Under the pieces are notes generated by a model. It saw nothing but the letters and a program-made list of their open reading frames with translations. It had not been told where the DNA came from and did no database searches. The translations under genes were made by a program, and so were the position numbers. A DNA stretch of 41,222 nt from a virus (Duplodnaviria > Caudoviricetes), in the IMG/VR virus record IMGVR_UViG_3300048599_000905, positions 1 through 41,222 of that record. The stretch is one strand, 5' to 3'. Shown in pieces: positions 1 through 8,701 of the stretch (its first letter is position 1; each line of letters begins with the position of its first letter).

Positions 1-261
1 CTAGTCACAGGGCTGGCAGCCCTTCGAGACTTCATCGGCGATAGCGGTGGGGACGAACACCTTCTCGAGCCCCGATTCGGGATCGGGGCTGATGGTCACT
101 CGGTTCATCGGCAACCAGACCTGGCCGCAGATGCCGCACGCTTTGGCGTCCCCGCGATCGACGGCCACTGACAGCAGCAGCCGAGAACGTTGATGATCGC
201 GACGTAAGACTTCGCCGTAGAGATTTGGCATCGCAGACGCTCCTGAGTGAGACGTCTGCAA
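1..261 (-). CDS. hypothetical protein
   Basis: 86-aa ORF directly following csrA in the operon; stop TAG at window edge. Confidence 0.5.
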   Translation of the reverse strand: MQTSHSGASAMPNLYGEVLRRDHQRSRLLLSVAVDRGDAKACGICGQVWLPMNRVTISPDPESGLEKVFVPTAIADEVSKGCQPCD

Positions 262-264
262 TTC

Positions 265-468
265 TCAGGGCGTGGGGAGGGGCGTTCGGCTGTCCGGTTC
301 TGGCTCGCCTGGCGGCGATGGCGGCCGTAGTTCACTGCGCATCACCGGCATCGTACGCGGGGCTTCGATGCCGAGGCGTATTTGTCCGCCGGCGATCCGC
401 AGCACCGTGACGGTAATGTCATTGCCAATCATGATCGACTCTTGGGCCTTGCGGCTGAGAACTAGCAC
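265..468 (-). CDS. csrA: carbon storage regulator CsrA/RsmA family RNA-binding protein
   Basis: MLVLSRKAQESIMIGNDITVTVLRIAGGQIRLGIEAPRTMPVMRSEL matches the CsrA consensus; AAGGAGG SD upstream of GTG. Confidence 0.95.
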   Translation of the reverse strand: MLVLSRKAQESIMIGNDITVTVLRIAGGQIRLGIEAPRTMPVMRSELRPPSPPGEPEPDSRTPLPTP

Positions 469-496
469 GTGAGTGCCTCCTTGCTGAATGGGACTC

Positions 497-508
497 TTTC
501 CCGGGAAA
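497..508. repeat. 12-bp palindrome TTTCCCGGGAAA (copy 1 of 5)
   Basis: Exact copies at 497-508, 2932-2943 and 10378-10389; one-mismatch copies at 4671-4682 and 7389-7400. Confidence 0.75.
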
Positions 509-514
509 CGATTC

Positions 515-817
515 CTACAGGCCCAACCAGGGCCACCAAATATGGAGCCAGATGCTTAAAGCACCGGGCATGTTGTGTTGCATGGTCATCGCGGCAATCT
601 TGCCAGGGGCTTTGATGTCGAGATAACAGGTATAACTGCCGTCCAACTGCCAGACTGCCAACGTGCCGTCTGGGCCTTTAGCCTGGATCGACTTGCCGGC
701 TCGCAGAATACGTAAGGCTTCGAGCTCATCGCTGCAGACGTGGGCATTGAACCACTGCCCGGCCGGCGGCTGGAATTTCTCCAGCGGCGGCAGCTCAAGT
801 CGCTTTCGCTTTCCCAT
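515..817 (-). CDS. hypothetical phage protein
   Basis: 100-aa ORF, GAGGAG SD, in operon. Confidence 0.65.
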   Translation of the reverse strand: MGKRKRLELPPLEKFQPPAGQWFNAHVCSDELEALRILRAGKSIQAKGPDGTLAVWQLDGSYTCYLDIKAPGKIAAMTMQHNMPGALSIWLHIWWPWLGL

Positions 818-822
818 CGTTG

Positions 823-1110
823 CTACTCCTCATTCGATCGACCATCGGGCAAAGTCGTTTCGAGTGCCTCGACCCGTTCGTGTAAGTTCCACACATTGCC
901 TTGCAACTGCTGAATCACGGCCTCATTGCCGTCGTCTGAATCCAACTGTTGCCGGTGACGAAACAAGCGGTGCTCTTGACTGACCGCGTTTTCCCAGAGC
1001 CCGTTAATCGAATCGTCGTTTCGCGATAGGGCACACTCATGGCGAAACACCTCGACGAAGAGCAGCACGATCAGCGAGGCCCATACACAATCACGCAGCG
1101 TGAACTTCAT
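823..1110 (-). CDS. hypothetical protein with N-terminal TM helix and coiled coil
   Basis: Hydrophobic CVWASLIVLLFVEVF; GAGGAGG SD; heptad-like C-terminus. Confidence 0.65.
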   Translation of the reverse strand: MKFTLRDCVWASLIVLLFVEVFRHECALSRNDDSINGLWENAVSQEHRLFRHRQQLDSDDGNEAVIQQLQGNVWNLHERVEALETTLPDGRSNEE

Positions 1111-1657
1111 CGATCCTCCTCGAATTGCCAGCCGTCGTCAGTTCACGTTCGAGCTCAGCGAACTCTGAAGTTTCAGCAATCCGATCGACGATGTATTGGG
1201 CCGGGTTTGTAATGCCGAACGTAGCAAGCCCACGTTCGACGATTCGATTCTCAAGCGCGGAGCCTGGGAAGACCTCGAGAGCTCGCGCAAACAGACAGAG
1301 CTTGAGCCGCACATTGGACGGCTGACCAGTGATTCGATGATATTGCAAAGTCCGCGTCGTGACAGATAGCACAGTCGCCCGGTCGATCACTCGTACCTGC
1401 CTCAACGTCATTGGTGGAATAAGCCAGCGTTCGCCGGTTATGGGCGCATCCCATACTCCCCGCGGCGTGATTCCCTTCGCCTCGGTGGTGTAAACGTGCA
1501 CCTGGCGGCAAAACAGCCGGCCCGCAAAACAGGCAGCTATGCTCGGGGCCGCACAGAGTCGCGGTGTATTCGGTTCCTCCTCAGGTTTCACTGGCACAAT
1601 CCGCCTAACTATGAGGGTGGGGCCGTGGTCGAACTCGGAACAGTGATAGAGCGTCAT
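1091..1657 (-). CDS. phage protein, possible ADP-ribosyltransferase-like fold
   Basis: LYHCS...PRLCAAPSIAAC...VYT...VWDAPITGERW pattern. Confidence 0.55.
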   Translation of the reverse strand: MTLYHCSEFDHGPTLIVRRIVPVKPEEEPNTPRLCAAPSIAACFAGRLFCRQVHVYTTEAKGITPRGVWDAPITGERWLIPPMTLRQVRVIDRATVLSVTTRTLQYHRITGQPSNVRLKLCLFARALEVFPGSALENRIVERGLATFGITNPAQYIVDRIAETSEFAELERELTTAGNSRRIDEVHAA

Positions 1658-1669
1658 ACTAGTAGCTCG

Positions 1670-1984
1670 CTAGCCAGCGTCCTCGTCGGCCGCTTCGCGA
1701 TCCAGCCCCCGCTCCAGCCAGTTGATGGCGTGCAGCCGGCAATGATCGAGGCGTTGGCGTACATCCTCGGTGATTCGAAAGGTGATCTCATTAGCTGCCG
1801 CCTGGCTCTGCACCAGGCCGAGGTCGCGGAGCTTGTCGATCGTCGTCTGCTGAATGATCTGGTGAAAGCCGCCGGCGTCGACCACGGCCCCGATCGCGTC
1901 CCGGTCCCACCAGGCCCATTGATACTTGCGTTCCAACGCGAGCAACGCGCCGAGCACTTTCTTTTGGTGAAGCGTGAGGCTCAT
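1670..1984 (-). CDS. hypothetical protein, possible winged helix
   Basis: ATG overlaps upstream stop; TTIDKLRDLGLV...FRIT is wHTH-like. Confidence 0.6.
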   Translation of the reverse strand: MSLTLHQKKVLGALLALERKYQWAWWDRDAIGAVVDAGGFHQIIQQTTIDKLRDLGLVQSQAAANEITFRITEDVRQRLDHCRLHAINWLERGLDREAADEDAG

Positions 1985-2367
1985 AACGGATCGATTCCAA
2001 TTTCCACGCACCGACGGATCCAGGCTGCAATCTGGTCCGGAGTCTTAATCGTTTCGTGCACGGCAATATCGAGACGCAGTTGAATGAGATCAGCCGCCAA
2101 TGTTTCGTCACCTTCGGCGACCGCTCGTCTTGCAGACTCGTTCCAGCACGGTGCGCAAATCACATGCACTAGATAGTCGATCACGAATGACAAGTTTGGG
2201 TCTGTGATAGGGCGGCCATGAATGCGATTGTCGAGATACTGGTTGACTGCCCTCGGCAGGTCGCCACTCACATCGTCTTGCCAGCGAAGTGGTAGACCGA
2301 ATGGCCCAAGGTACACCATCGGGACGCGCGTCTTGCGAACAATCGTCTGTGGATGAGTTGGAATCAT
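1981..2367 (-). CDS. hypothetical phage protein
   Basis: Start MIPTHP at 2367 overlaps the ASCH stop (ATGA coupling); GGAGG SD. Confidence 0.65.
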   Translation of the reverse strand: MIPTHPQTIVRKTRVPMVYLGPFGLPLRWQDDVSGDLPRAVNQYLDNRIHGRPITDPNLSFVIDYLVHVICAPCWNESARRAVAEGDETLAADLIQLRLDIAVHETIKTPDQIAAWIRRCVEIGIDPL

Positions 2368-2822
2368 AGCGCGATTGCCTCCGCTCGATTGACCTTGTCC
2401 ATCACGTAGGGCGGCACTCGGAAGATTCGCTGGTACCCACGGCAGCGGATCGGCTGACGGAACTTGCGAACGTTGCCGAGGATCCAGCAGTACTCGCCGT
2501 GGGCGTGCCGATGAAAGGCCAGCCACGGATAGAGCTCGGCCGCGGCCGGCGGCACGCGGTTGGTGCCGTTGCTGAGTTGTTCGATCCGCACGCAGTCGAG
2601 GATCGAAACCACGCCGATGATCGCGCTGTAGACAAAGTCCAGGCCGATCTCGCTTGTCTCCGGCGTCATCATGCGCTTCGAACTGCCGGCGTGAATCAGC
2701 AGGTCGCCGCGGTGCGACGTGTTCCAGCAGCGATTCTCGACCCGCTTTTTCCACGGATCATCCTCGGGCAGAAAGATGTACGCCGGCCAAGGGTTGAGCA
2801 CGGTGAGGCAGAGATCGGTCAT
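2364..2822 (-). CDS. ASCH domain protein
   Basis: LTVLNPWP...KRVENRCWNTSHRGDLLIHAG...AIIGVV...PIRCRGYQRIF is the typical ASCH signature. Confidence 0.9.
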   Translation of the reverse strand: MTDLCLTVLNPWPAYIFLPEDDPWKKRVENRCWNTSHRGDLLIHAGSSKRMMTPETSEIGLDFVYSAIIGVVSILDCVRIEQLSNGTNRVPPAAAELYPWLAFHRHAHGEYCWILGNVRKFRQPIRCRGYQRIFRVPPYVMDKVNRAEAIAL

Positions 2823-3259
2823 CGGTCACCTCCGTATTCCAGCAGTGGCAGGTTGTGCCCTACGCGCGGGACGGCGTGGGCAATTGAACTACGAGATTCA
2901 GTTGGTGCCGCGCGCCGCGGGCCCACGGTCATTTCCCGGGAAACGGGCGGAGGCGGTTCGGGCGTGTCGTGCTGCACGGGTTTGGTGCACCAGGTCATCA
3001 CGGCCGCGACAAGCCCGCCGGGCGATGTCGCGTTGAGATCGGCGAGCTCGCGGCCGGTGAGGTCGGAATAAATCGAGACGTTGTAGCTTTGGCGGCTCGA
3101 CTTCCAGCGGCCCGACTGGCTATCGTGCCAGAAGGCGGAAATGTGGATCCGCACGCCTGGCGGCACAATGCGCAGGATCTGCTCGCGGGCGGCTTCGATC
3201 GTCTTCGCGCTGCTGGCCCGCGGAGTGATTCGCTTTTTGACAGTGGTTCGCCTGGTCAT
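2819..3259 (-). CDS. hypothetical protein
   Basis: 4-nt overlaps at both ends. Confidence 0.65.
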   Translation of the reverse strand: MTRRTTVKKRITPRASSAKTIEAAREQILRIVPPGVRIHISAFWHDSQSGRWKSSRQSYNVSIYSDLTGRELADLNATSPGGLVAAVMTWCTKPVQHDTPEPPPPVSREMTVGPRRAAPTESRSSIAHAVPRVGHNLPLLEYGGDR

Positions 3260-5013
3260 TTGCGGCCTCGCTTGCCCGTGGCTTTGGCTTCCTTCTTGGG
3301 TGGCAGCAGCGACGCGGGTACCGCCGGCGGTGTCGTTCGCGCCAGCAGCATGCGGATCATTTGCGGCTTGCCTACGTTCTCAGCGAGTTCGAGCTCGGCG
3401 ATCTCCATCGCCAGGTCGATCAGCTCCGCCTTGCGATGGAGCTCGTAGAATTCCTCCAGCCGCGGATCCTTCGTGGCATGCAGCCGCTTCCAGGCCGTCG
3501 TCAGATCGCAGCCCCATTCTTCGAACAACGATTGCAGAGTGTCGGGCCAGAGCTCGACTTCCCACGGATCATCGGCATCGCCGCCGACCAGGAACGCGCA
3601 GACCTGGGCCGCGATCTTCTGCCAGGCGAAGTGCGCGTCGCCGGTGGCCACGTCGGCAAATACCGAGTTGAGGATGGTCATCGCGTCGACCATGCCGCCA
3701 GACTTGCTCCGTCCCACGATCTGCTCCAACCGGTCCGCCAAGTCGGGCGTTGTCGACGCCATTCCATCGCACAGGTAGAACATGATCAGCTTGAGGAGCC
3801 GCACGTCGATCTGCTTGGTCGGTTTGAATTCGAGGATGGCCCGCTTCACTTCGCTCCGCAGGAAGTTCTCCTGCCAGACTTCGATCGCGCGAGCGAGTTG
3901 CCCCGCGCGATCCTGGGCCGATTGCTTGCTTGCCTCGCCGGCGGCCGTGTCGGCGCCTGCTTTCGCCGCCTTCTTTTTCGCCTTCTCTTCGTGACGTTTC
4001 TTGATCAGCGCGCACTGCAGCTCGTCGAACAGCTCGACGTTGGTCGCGACTTCGACTTCCTTGCCGTCAATCGTCGCCGTGACGATCTTGAGCTTCGCCC
4101 GGTTGGCCTCGATCTCATCCGCATGCAGCAGGCACGGATACTCGCCGCAAGCGTCGTATCCGCCCAGCTGCTTGTAGTACTGGCCCCCGTAGTGCCGCTT
4201 CGCGCCGTCGAGCCGCCGCGTGAACTGCGCGATCAGTTGCGGGATGGCTTTCTCCAGGTTCTCGCGCTTGTTGAAGATTGGGTTCCAGGGATTCTCGTCG
4301 CGTTCCTCAAAACGTTCATCGAGCTCTTCCATGACTGCCGGAATGTGGGCGACGGGGAGCAGGTACCTGGCCCACGTGGGCGCGAGCTCTTCGCTGGCCA
4401 CGCGATCGATCCAAACCTTGGGCAGCTGCAGCAGCCGGACGAAGTTCGTCGCCGCGGCCCCGCTTTCGAGGCCGACCGACCGGGCCGCCTCCTCGCGCGT
4501 CGCGCCCCGATCGCACATCGCCTTGATGTGCTGCGCCTTCTGAATCGGATTGAGATTCGCCCGCTGGCCGTTGTAGAGCCCCACGAGCCGCAAGGCCTCG
4601 TCGTCGTCGCACTCGATGATCGAGCAGCGGACCTGCGTCCAGCCCAGCGACTCCGCGGCCAGGCACCGCGTTTCCCCGGAAATGATCTGGTACCAGTCGC
4701 CGGGCATCTGCCGCACGACGACGTCCTCGAGCTGGCCGTCGGCTGCCAGGCTCTCGGCGCGGGCCTGGATGTCCTGGCTGAGCGGATGCCGGTTCTCGGG
4801 ATGGCGCGTGAGCGTCGACAGGTCGCGCATCTGGCCCGAGGCGATCGGCTTCGGCAACTCCCGCGCGGTGGGGTGCATGGCCCGCGCCAGATCTACGTTC
4901 GGATCGTGCAGAGCGATGCCGGCCGGCGTCGTGGTGCTGAGGAGGCCTGATTTGGCGCTCGCGGGAACATCTTTGAACTTCTTGCCGAGTTTGCCGGAGG
5001 TGGCGGTGGCCAT
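3256..5013 (-). CDS. ParB/RepB/Spo0J-family protein with long C-terminal extension
   Basis: HPENR...LAADGQLEDVVVR...YQIISGETRCLAA...NGQRANLNPIQKA followed by an HTH and RLLQLP. Confidence 0.9.
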   Translation of the reverse strand: MATATSGKLGKKFKDVPASAKSGLLSTTTPAGIALHDPNVDLARAMHPTARELPKPIASGQMRDLSTLTRHPENRHPLSQDIQARAESLAADGQLEDVVVRQMPGDWYQIISGETRCLAAESLGWTQVRCSIIECDDDEALRLVGLYNGQRANLNPIQKAQHIKAMCDRGATREEAARSVGLESGAAATNFVRLLQLPKVWIDRVASEELAPTWARYLLPVAHIPAVMEELDERFEERDENPWNPIFNKRENLEKAIPQLIAQFTRRLDGAKRHYGGQYYKQLGGYDACGEYPCLLHADEIEANRAKLKIVTATIDGKEVEVATNVELFDELQCALIKKRHEEKAKKKAAKAGADTAAGEASKQSAQDRAGQLARAIEVWQENFLRSEVKRAILEFKPTKQIDVRLLKLIMFYLCDGMASTTPDLADRLEQIVGRSKSGGMVDAMTILNSVFADVATGDAHFAWQKIAAQVCAFLVGGDADDPWEVELWPDTLQSLFEEWGCDLTTAWKRLHATKDPRLEEFYELHRKAELIDLAMEIAELELAENVGKPQMIRMLLARTTPPAVPASLLPPKKEAKATGKRGRK

Positions 5014-5043
5014 GGTTAGGACCTTTCGATGTGGGACACGGGA

Positions 5044-5349
5044 CTAGCCGCCGGCGACGTTGCCGGCAGCGGGGACGGGCGACGGCGGTCGCCAGGTGAG
5101 GACTTCGAATTCGCTGGGGTGCAGCGAGACGAGGCGAGGCGGGAAATCGTGGGAATGAATCGCGAGCCCCAATTCATCGGGCTCGACACCAACAACGCTG
5201 CACACATGCCCTGACAGCAAAAAGCCGTCGCCAGTGAACTTCACGGTTTGCGTCACGCGCACTAGCTCAGGCTCCCAGCCAAGCAGGTTGCGAAGATTCG
5301 GGTGGGTTCGGTGTCGTGGCATGTTGTTAACGCTGCGAGCGCCTTCCAT
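5044..5349 (-). CDS. hypothetical protein
   Basis: ORF between initiator and parB-like gene; start uncertain. Confidence 0.55.
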   Translation of the reverse strand: MEGARSVNNMPRHRTHPNLRNLLGWEPELVRVTQTVKFTGDGFLLSGHVCSVVGVEPDELGLAIHSHDFPPRLVSLHPSEFEVLTWRPPSPVPAAGNVAGG

Positions 5350-6544
5350 GGATCGAAAGACTCAGGTCAATCACCGGCTGCGCCACGGCCGAGCTGGCGA
5401 AATCGGCCGGCGTGGCTTCGAGCTGCTCGAGCGTTTCCAGCAGCCGCGATCGCACCAGGCCGGTGGGGGGCGGATCGAGCACGGCCCGGCGCACCGCTTC
5501 CGCGTGGAAGGGATCGCGCAGGCTAGGCGTCAGGTCGATCAGCTCGCGCAGTTCGTCGCGGCCGAGCGTGTCGAGGATCACGCCGTACGTCGCGTTGCGC
5601 TGCCGCATCGCCGCGGCGGCTCGCGCGCCTTCGGTTTCCTCGCGCATCCGCTTCGCCCGCTCGACGGCCAGCTTCTCAGCCTCGGCCGCGGCGGTGGCCC
5701 GGCGCTTGGCGAGGATCTGCGGCGTGATCACTCCTGACGCCGGCCAGGATCCCATGCGTAGGAACCAGGCCACTGCGCCGGCTGGCTCGAGGAACTTCCC
5801 CGCGTTCGCCGGCAGATCGACCGTGGCCCAAGCCGCACGCATCCGCTCGCGGAATTGGGCCGGCGTCATTCCTGCCCGACGGCATTCGTCGGCGAGATCG
5901 CCCGCGATCGACTGCCTGGGTCGAAATTCTTCGACCACCACCCGCCAGTCATTTTCGGCGTCTGCCGGTGGTGGGCGGTTCTTGGGCGGTTCAATGGGCG
6001 GTTTGTGCGCCAGTACTGGCGGCTTGGTCGCGCCAGTACTGGCGGTTTGGTCGGTCGGTACTGGCGGTTTGGTCGTGTCTCGTCCGCCAGTGACCAACGC
6101 GCCAGTACTGGCGGTTTGGTCGCGCTGCAGGTCGAAGCCGTCTGCCTCCGTCGGTACCAGCAGTCGCAGCTCGTTCCAGATGATCCGGTACCGGTTCGTC
6201 GTGCCGCCGCGGCCTCCCTGGGGCTTGGGGCCGCGCCGTACGTAGATCAGGTTCATCCGTTCGAGCGCCGCGATCGCCCGCTGGACTTGGCGTTTCTTAA
6301 TCCCCGTCTCCGCCACGATCGTGTCCTGGCATGGCCAGCACTCGACGTTGCGGCCCAGGCGATCGCCGATGTTAAGCACGATCAGCTTGAGCTTGTCGGC
6401 GGAAACTTCGCCGCTCGCCGCGGGGATCACACACTTCCGCAAAATCATGAGTTGCTCCCCACGTCCCAACGTTTGCTGGTCGGGATCGGGCGGCGGCGGC
6501 TTCTTGCGTTGCCCGCCTCGCGCCTTACCTTGTTCGCCGGCCAT
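5327..6544 (-). CDS. phage replication initiator with N-terminal HTH (HTH_36-like)
   Basis: CWPCQDTIVAETGIKKRQVQRAIAALERMNLIYV...TNRYRI; internal iterons. Confidence 0.8.
   Translation of the reverse strand: MAGEQGKARGGQRKKPPPPDPDQQTLGRGEQLMILRKCVIPAASGEVSADKLKLIVLNIGDRLGRNVECWPCQDTIVAETGIKKRQVQRAIAALERMNLIYVRRGPKPQGGRGGTTNRYRIIWNELRLLVPTEADGFDLQRDQTASTGALVTGGRDTTKPPVPTDQTASTGATKPPVLAHKPPIEPPKNRPPPADAENDWRVVVEEFRPRQSIAGDLADECRRAGMTPAQFRERMRAAWATVDLPANAGKFLEPAGAVAWFLRMGSWPASGVITPQILAKRRATAAAEAEKLAVERAKRMREETEGARAAAAMRQRNATYGVILDTLGRDELRELIDLTPSLRDPFHAEAVRRAVLDPPPTGLVRSRLLETLEQLEATPADFASSAVAQPVIDLSLSIHGRRSQR
6007..6122. repeat. iteron array (probable origin) inside initiator gene
   Basis: Four copies of (cgcca)GTACTGGCGG(T/C)TTGGTCG; three contain the palindrome CGCCAGTACTGGCG (6008, 6031, 6100). 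Confidence 0.8.
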
Positions 6545-6595
6545 CTGGCTTCGTGCCTTTCTAGGGTGGCTATGCGCCCGCAGTGGTTGCCTGAA

Positions 6596-6865
6596 TCATG
6601 GGCTGCCCTCTGGTGGGAACAGGAGCAGCTGACCTGGTGACGAGCGCAACACGCGCAGCGTCCGAAATCGGGGAGGCCGGAGCCCGAGTTGGATCCGGCA
6701 CTCGTCGAGCCAGACGCGATACACGTAGCCGCGGCGGCAGCGGTACGGGTACGCCTGGCGAAGGGCGGTGCGCTTGGTGCGCAGCCGTTGCTTGGGCCGA
6801 TACTGCGCGAGGGTGCGCGCGATGATCGGCCGCAAGCGATCGCGATGGGTTTCGCGGTGATTCAT
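6596..6865 (-). CDS. hypothetical basic protein
   Basis: Coupled ORF; ALRQAYP...YRVWLDECR. Confidence 0.65.
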   Translation of the reverse strand: MNHRETHRDRLRPIIARTLAQYRPKQRLRTKRTALRQAYPYRCRRGYVYRVWLDECRIQLGLRPPRFRTLRVLRSSPGQLLLFPPEGSP

Positions 6866-7068
6866 TTCGCATCGCGCCTCCGGAGGGACTTCTCGACGTG
6901 CTGGAGGGCGGAATCGTAAGCGGAGGCGAACAGCTTGCTATCAGGATCTTTGTCGTGCAGCTGGCGCAGCTTGTCGCGCAGGCCGAGGGCGACGATCGAC
7001 CAGCAGCGCCGGCACATCAGTTCATCGCCGGCGTCGTTGGGGCAGCCATCCACGGGGCACTGGCTCAT
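6862..7068 (-). CDS. small zinc-finger protein
   Basis: CPVDGC...MCRRCW; 4-nt overlaps. Confidence 0.7.
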   Translation of the reverse strand: MSQCPVDGCPNDAGDELMCRRCWSIVALGLRDKLRQLHDKDPDSKLFASAYDSALQHVEKSLRRRDAK

Positions 7069-7385
7069 GCCTTCCCCTTTCGCTTTCTGGTGGCGGTGAT
7101 TCGTGCGAGATCGCCTTCAGCCTTCGAAACTGGGTTGCGCGCGAGTTCGAGAATCGCCTCGTCCGGCGCGTTGGGCCAGTCGCCGGCGCAGAGCACTTGC
7201 GATAGTTCCCTCGAAATCACGAAGCGCACCCGGTACAGATCGCAGTAGTAGCCGTCGGCCGCGTAGGAGGCCATCGCCACTTCACCCGTGCCGCGATCGA
7301 CGAAGAATCGCGTGTACGATTTCTCGTCGTCGTCAGCGTGCTCGGCATCGAGCCGCCACAGTTCGCGTTTGGTGAGAGGCATCAC
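7065..7385 (-). CDS. hypothetical protein
   Basis: Coupled ORF. Confidence 0.6.
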   Translation of the reverse strand: MMPLTKRELWRLDAEHADDDEKSYTRFFVDRGTGEVAMASYAADGYYCDLYRVRFVISRELSQVLCAGDWPNAPDEAILELARNPVSKAEGDLARITATRKRKGKA

Positions 7386-7403
7386 GGTTTTCCGGGGAAA
7401 GTG

Positions 7404-7700
7404 CTACGAGCCGGGAAAGTCGCCTGCATGGGCTTGGCCAGGGGGCAAATGCTTGATCGTTGTCTCGCAGTCGACGAATTCGACTTCTGCCGCGCGAAGG
7501 CCATACTCGGGCATGGTTGACCGGTCACTGCTCAAGTCCGCGACGTCGAATCGCACGCGTAGCGGTCCGATCGGCACGCCAAAGTGCTCGGCGATCATCT
7601 GGCGAAGATCTTCCGGCAGCAGAGTCACCGTTACTTTCGGGTGCCTCATCGGCTGGCCGGCCTGGCGTGAGTTCGGCATGGCTTGAATCTCGTGGTTCAA
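7404..7700 (-). CDS. hypothetical protein
   Basis: ORF in operon; start uncertain. Confidence 0.55.
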   Translation of the reverse strand: MNHEIQAMPNSRQAGQPMRHPKVTVTLLPEDLRQMIAEHFGVPIGPLRVRFDVADLSSDRSTMPEYGLRAAEVEFVDCETTIKHLPPGQAHAGDFPGS

Positions 7701-8033
7701 CTAGGGGCAGCAGGACCATAGGAAACAGGGCATTCCGTCGGCGGCCTCGATCGAGGCGAGAATGGAATCGACGATGGGTTCGTCGGTGGCGCCACCAAGC
7801 TCATCCAGGAAGCACTTGCCGGCAAAATGGCTGATGTCGAACTCATCGATACTGTCGAGGTCGATGAGCGAGCCGGTGGCCCCCAGGTAGAACGTCTGGG
7901 CCTGGGGAGCCGACTCAGCGAGGACGAAGTCGACCTCGTCGACCCGGTACACTCGCCAGGTAGGCCGCTCGATCGGCGGCAGGCCCACCGCGAACGTGGC
8001 GGCAAGCAGGGATAAAAACGATCGACGCTTCAT
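7701..8033 (-). CDS. hypothetical protein with twin-arginine-like N-terminus
   Basis: MKRRSFLSLLAATFAVG; GGAG SD. Confidence 0.6.
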   Translation of the reverse strand: MKRRSFLSLLAATFAVGLPPIERPTWRVYRVDEVDFVLAESAPQAQTFYLGATGSLIDLDSIDEFDISHFAGKCFLDELGGATDEPIVDSILASIEAADGMPCFLWSCCP

Positions 8034-8076
8034 GCGTGAAACTCCGCTGGGGTTAAAAGCCGTTGGCTCCGTGGGG

Positions 8077-8562
8077 TTAGCGTTTCGCCGGCAGCATGCC
8101 GTGAATCCTCGCGAGGTACCCGCTGGATTCGAGCTCGGGGAACATCTCCCAAGCCTTCGCGAAATAGCGATCAACGCTCTCGCGTTCAAACTCGATGAGC
8201 TCGTTGATCATTTGGTTGTGCGGAGGAAGCGATTCCGCCTCGTGACAGCCTTCCTCCAGCTCGGCCGCCTTGATGGCCTGGAGGAACTTGTCGCAGTCCA
8301 AGCAGTGGCGGGTGCGGAACGTCTCGCCGAAGTCGGGCTTCTGACAAGTGCAGTGCCCCACTCCGTCATTGATGCACTCCTGGCACTCTTCGTGTTCCTG
8401 CTGATAGATCTCCCGGTACTGCTGGCCCGGTTCCAGAAAGCAGCCGCATTCGCCGCAGCGCAGAACCTGGCGGGCGTGCTCATCGTCTTCTGGTACCGCA
8501 ACCGTCAGGAGCTGCTCCACCTGAACCGAGGCGAACCAGTCATAGTCACTCGTGAAACACAT
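8077..8562 (-). CDS. Cys-rich hypothetical phage protein
   Basis: Multiple CxxC (CGEC, CQEC, CLDC); GGAG SD before ATG 8562. Confidence 0.7.
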   Translation of the reverse strand: MCFTSDYDWFASVQVEQLLTVAVPEDDEHARQVLRCGECGCFLEPGQQYREIYQQEHEECQECINDGVGHCTCQKPDFGETFRTRHCLDCDKFLQAIKAAELEEGCHEAESLPPHNQMINELIEFERESVDRYFAKAWEMFPELESSGYLARIHGMLPAKR

Positions 8563-8701
8563 CGACCAATCTCCGCGAAAAAAGGAAGGGACTCGTGAGG
8601 TAGGTGACAAAGGCGAATCGAACCTGCCATTCGGCTCGCGCGGTCCACCGCGTGCATCTGCGTGATGGGGACTCCGTTTACCCGGCCCCCGCCCCTACAT
8701 G

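Noticed and set aside
823-1110. Holin or spanin call for TM/coiled-coil ORF
   Set aside because: Located in an early operon without an adjacent endolysin; evidence insufficient
3361-4950. Long antisense ORFs (also 23656-25890 and 11795-13045)
   Set aside because: Mirror frames of well-supported genes, expected with strong GC3 bias
8612-8630. 9-nt matches to array units D and E (ACCTGCCAT; GGCGAATCG) as antisense targets
   Set aside because: Matches this short are expected by chance in GC-rich sequence; needs covariation evidence
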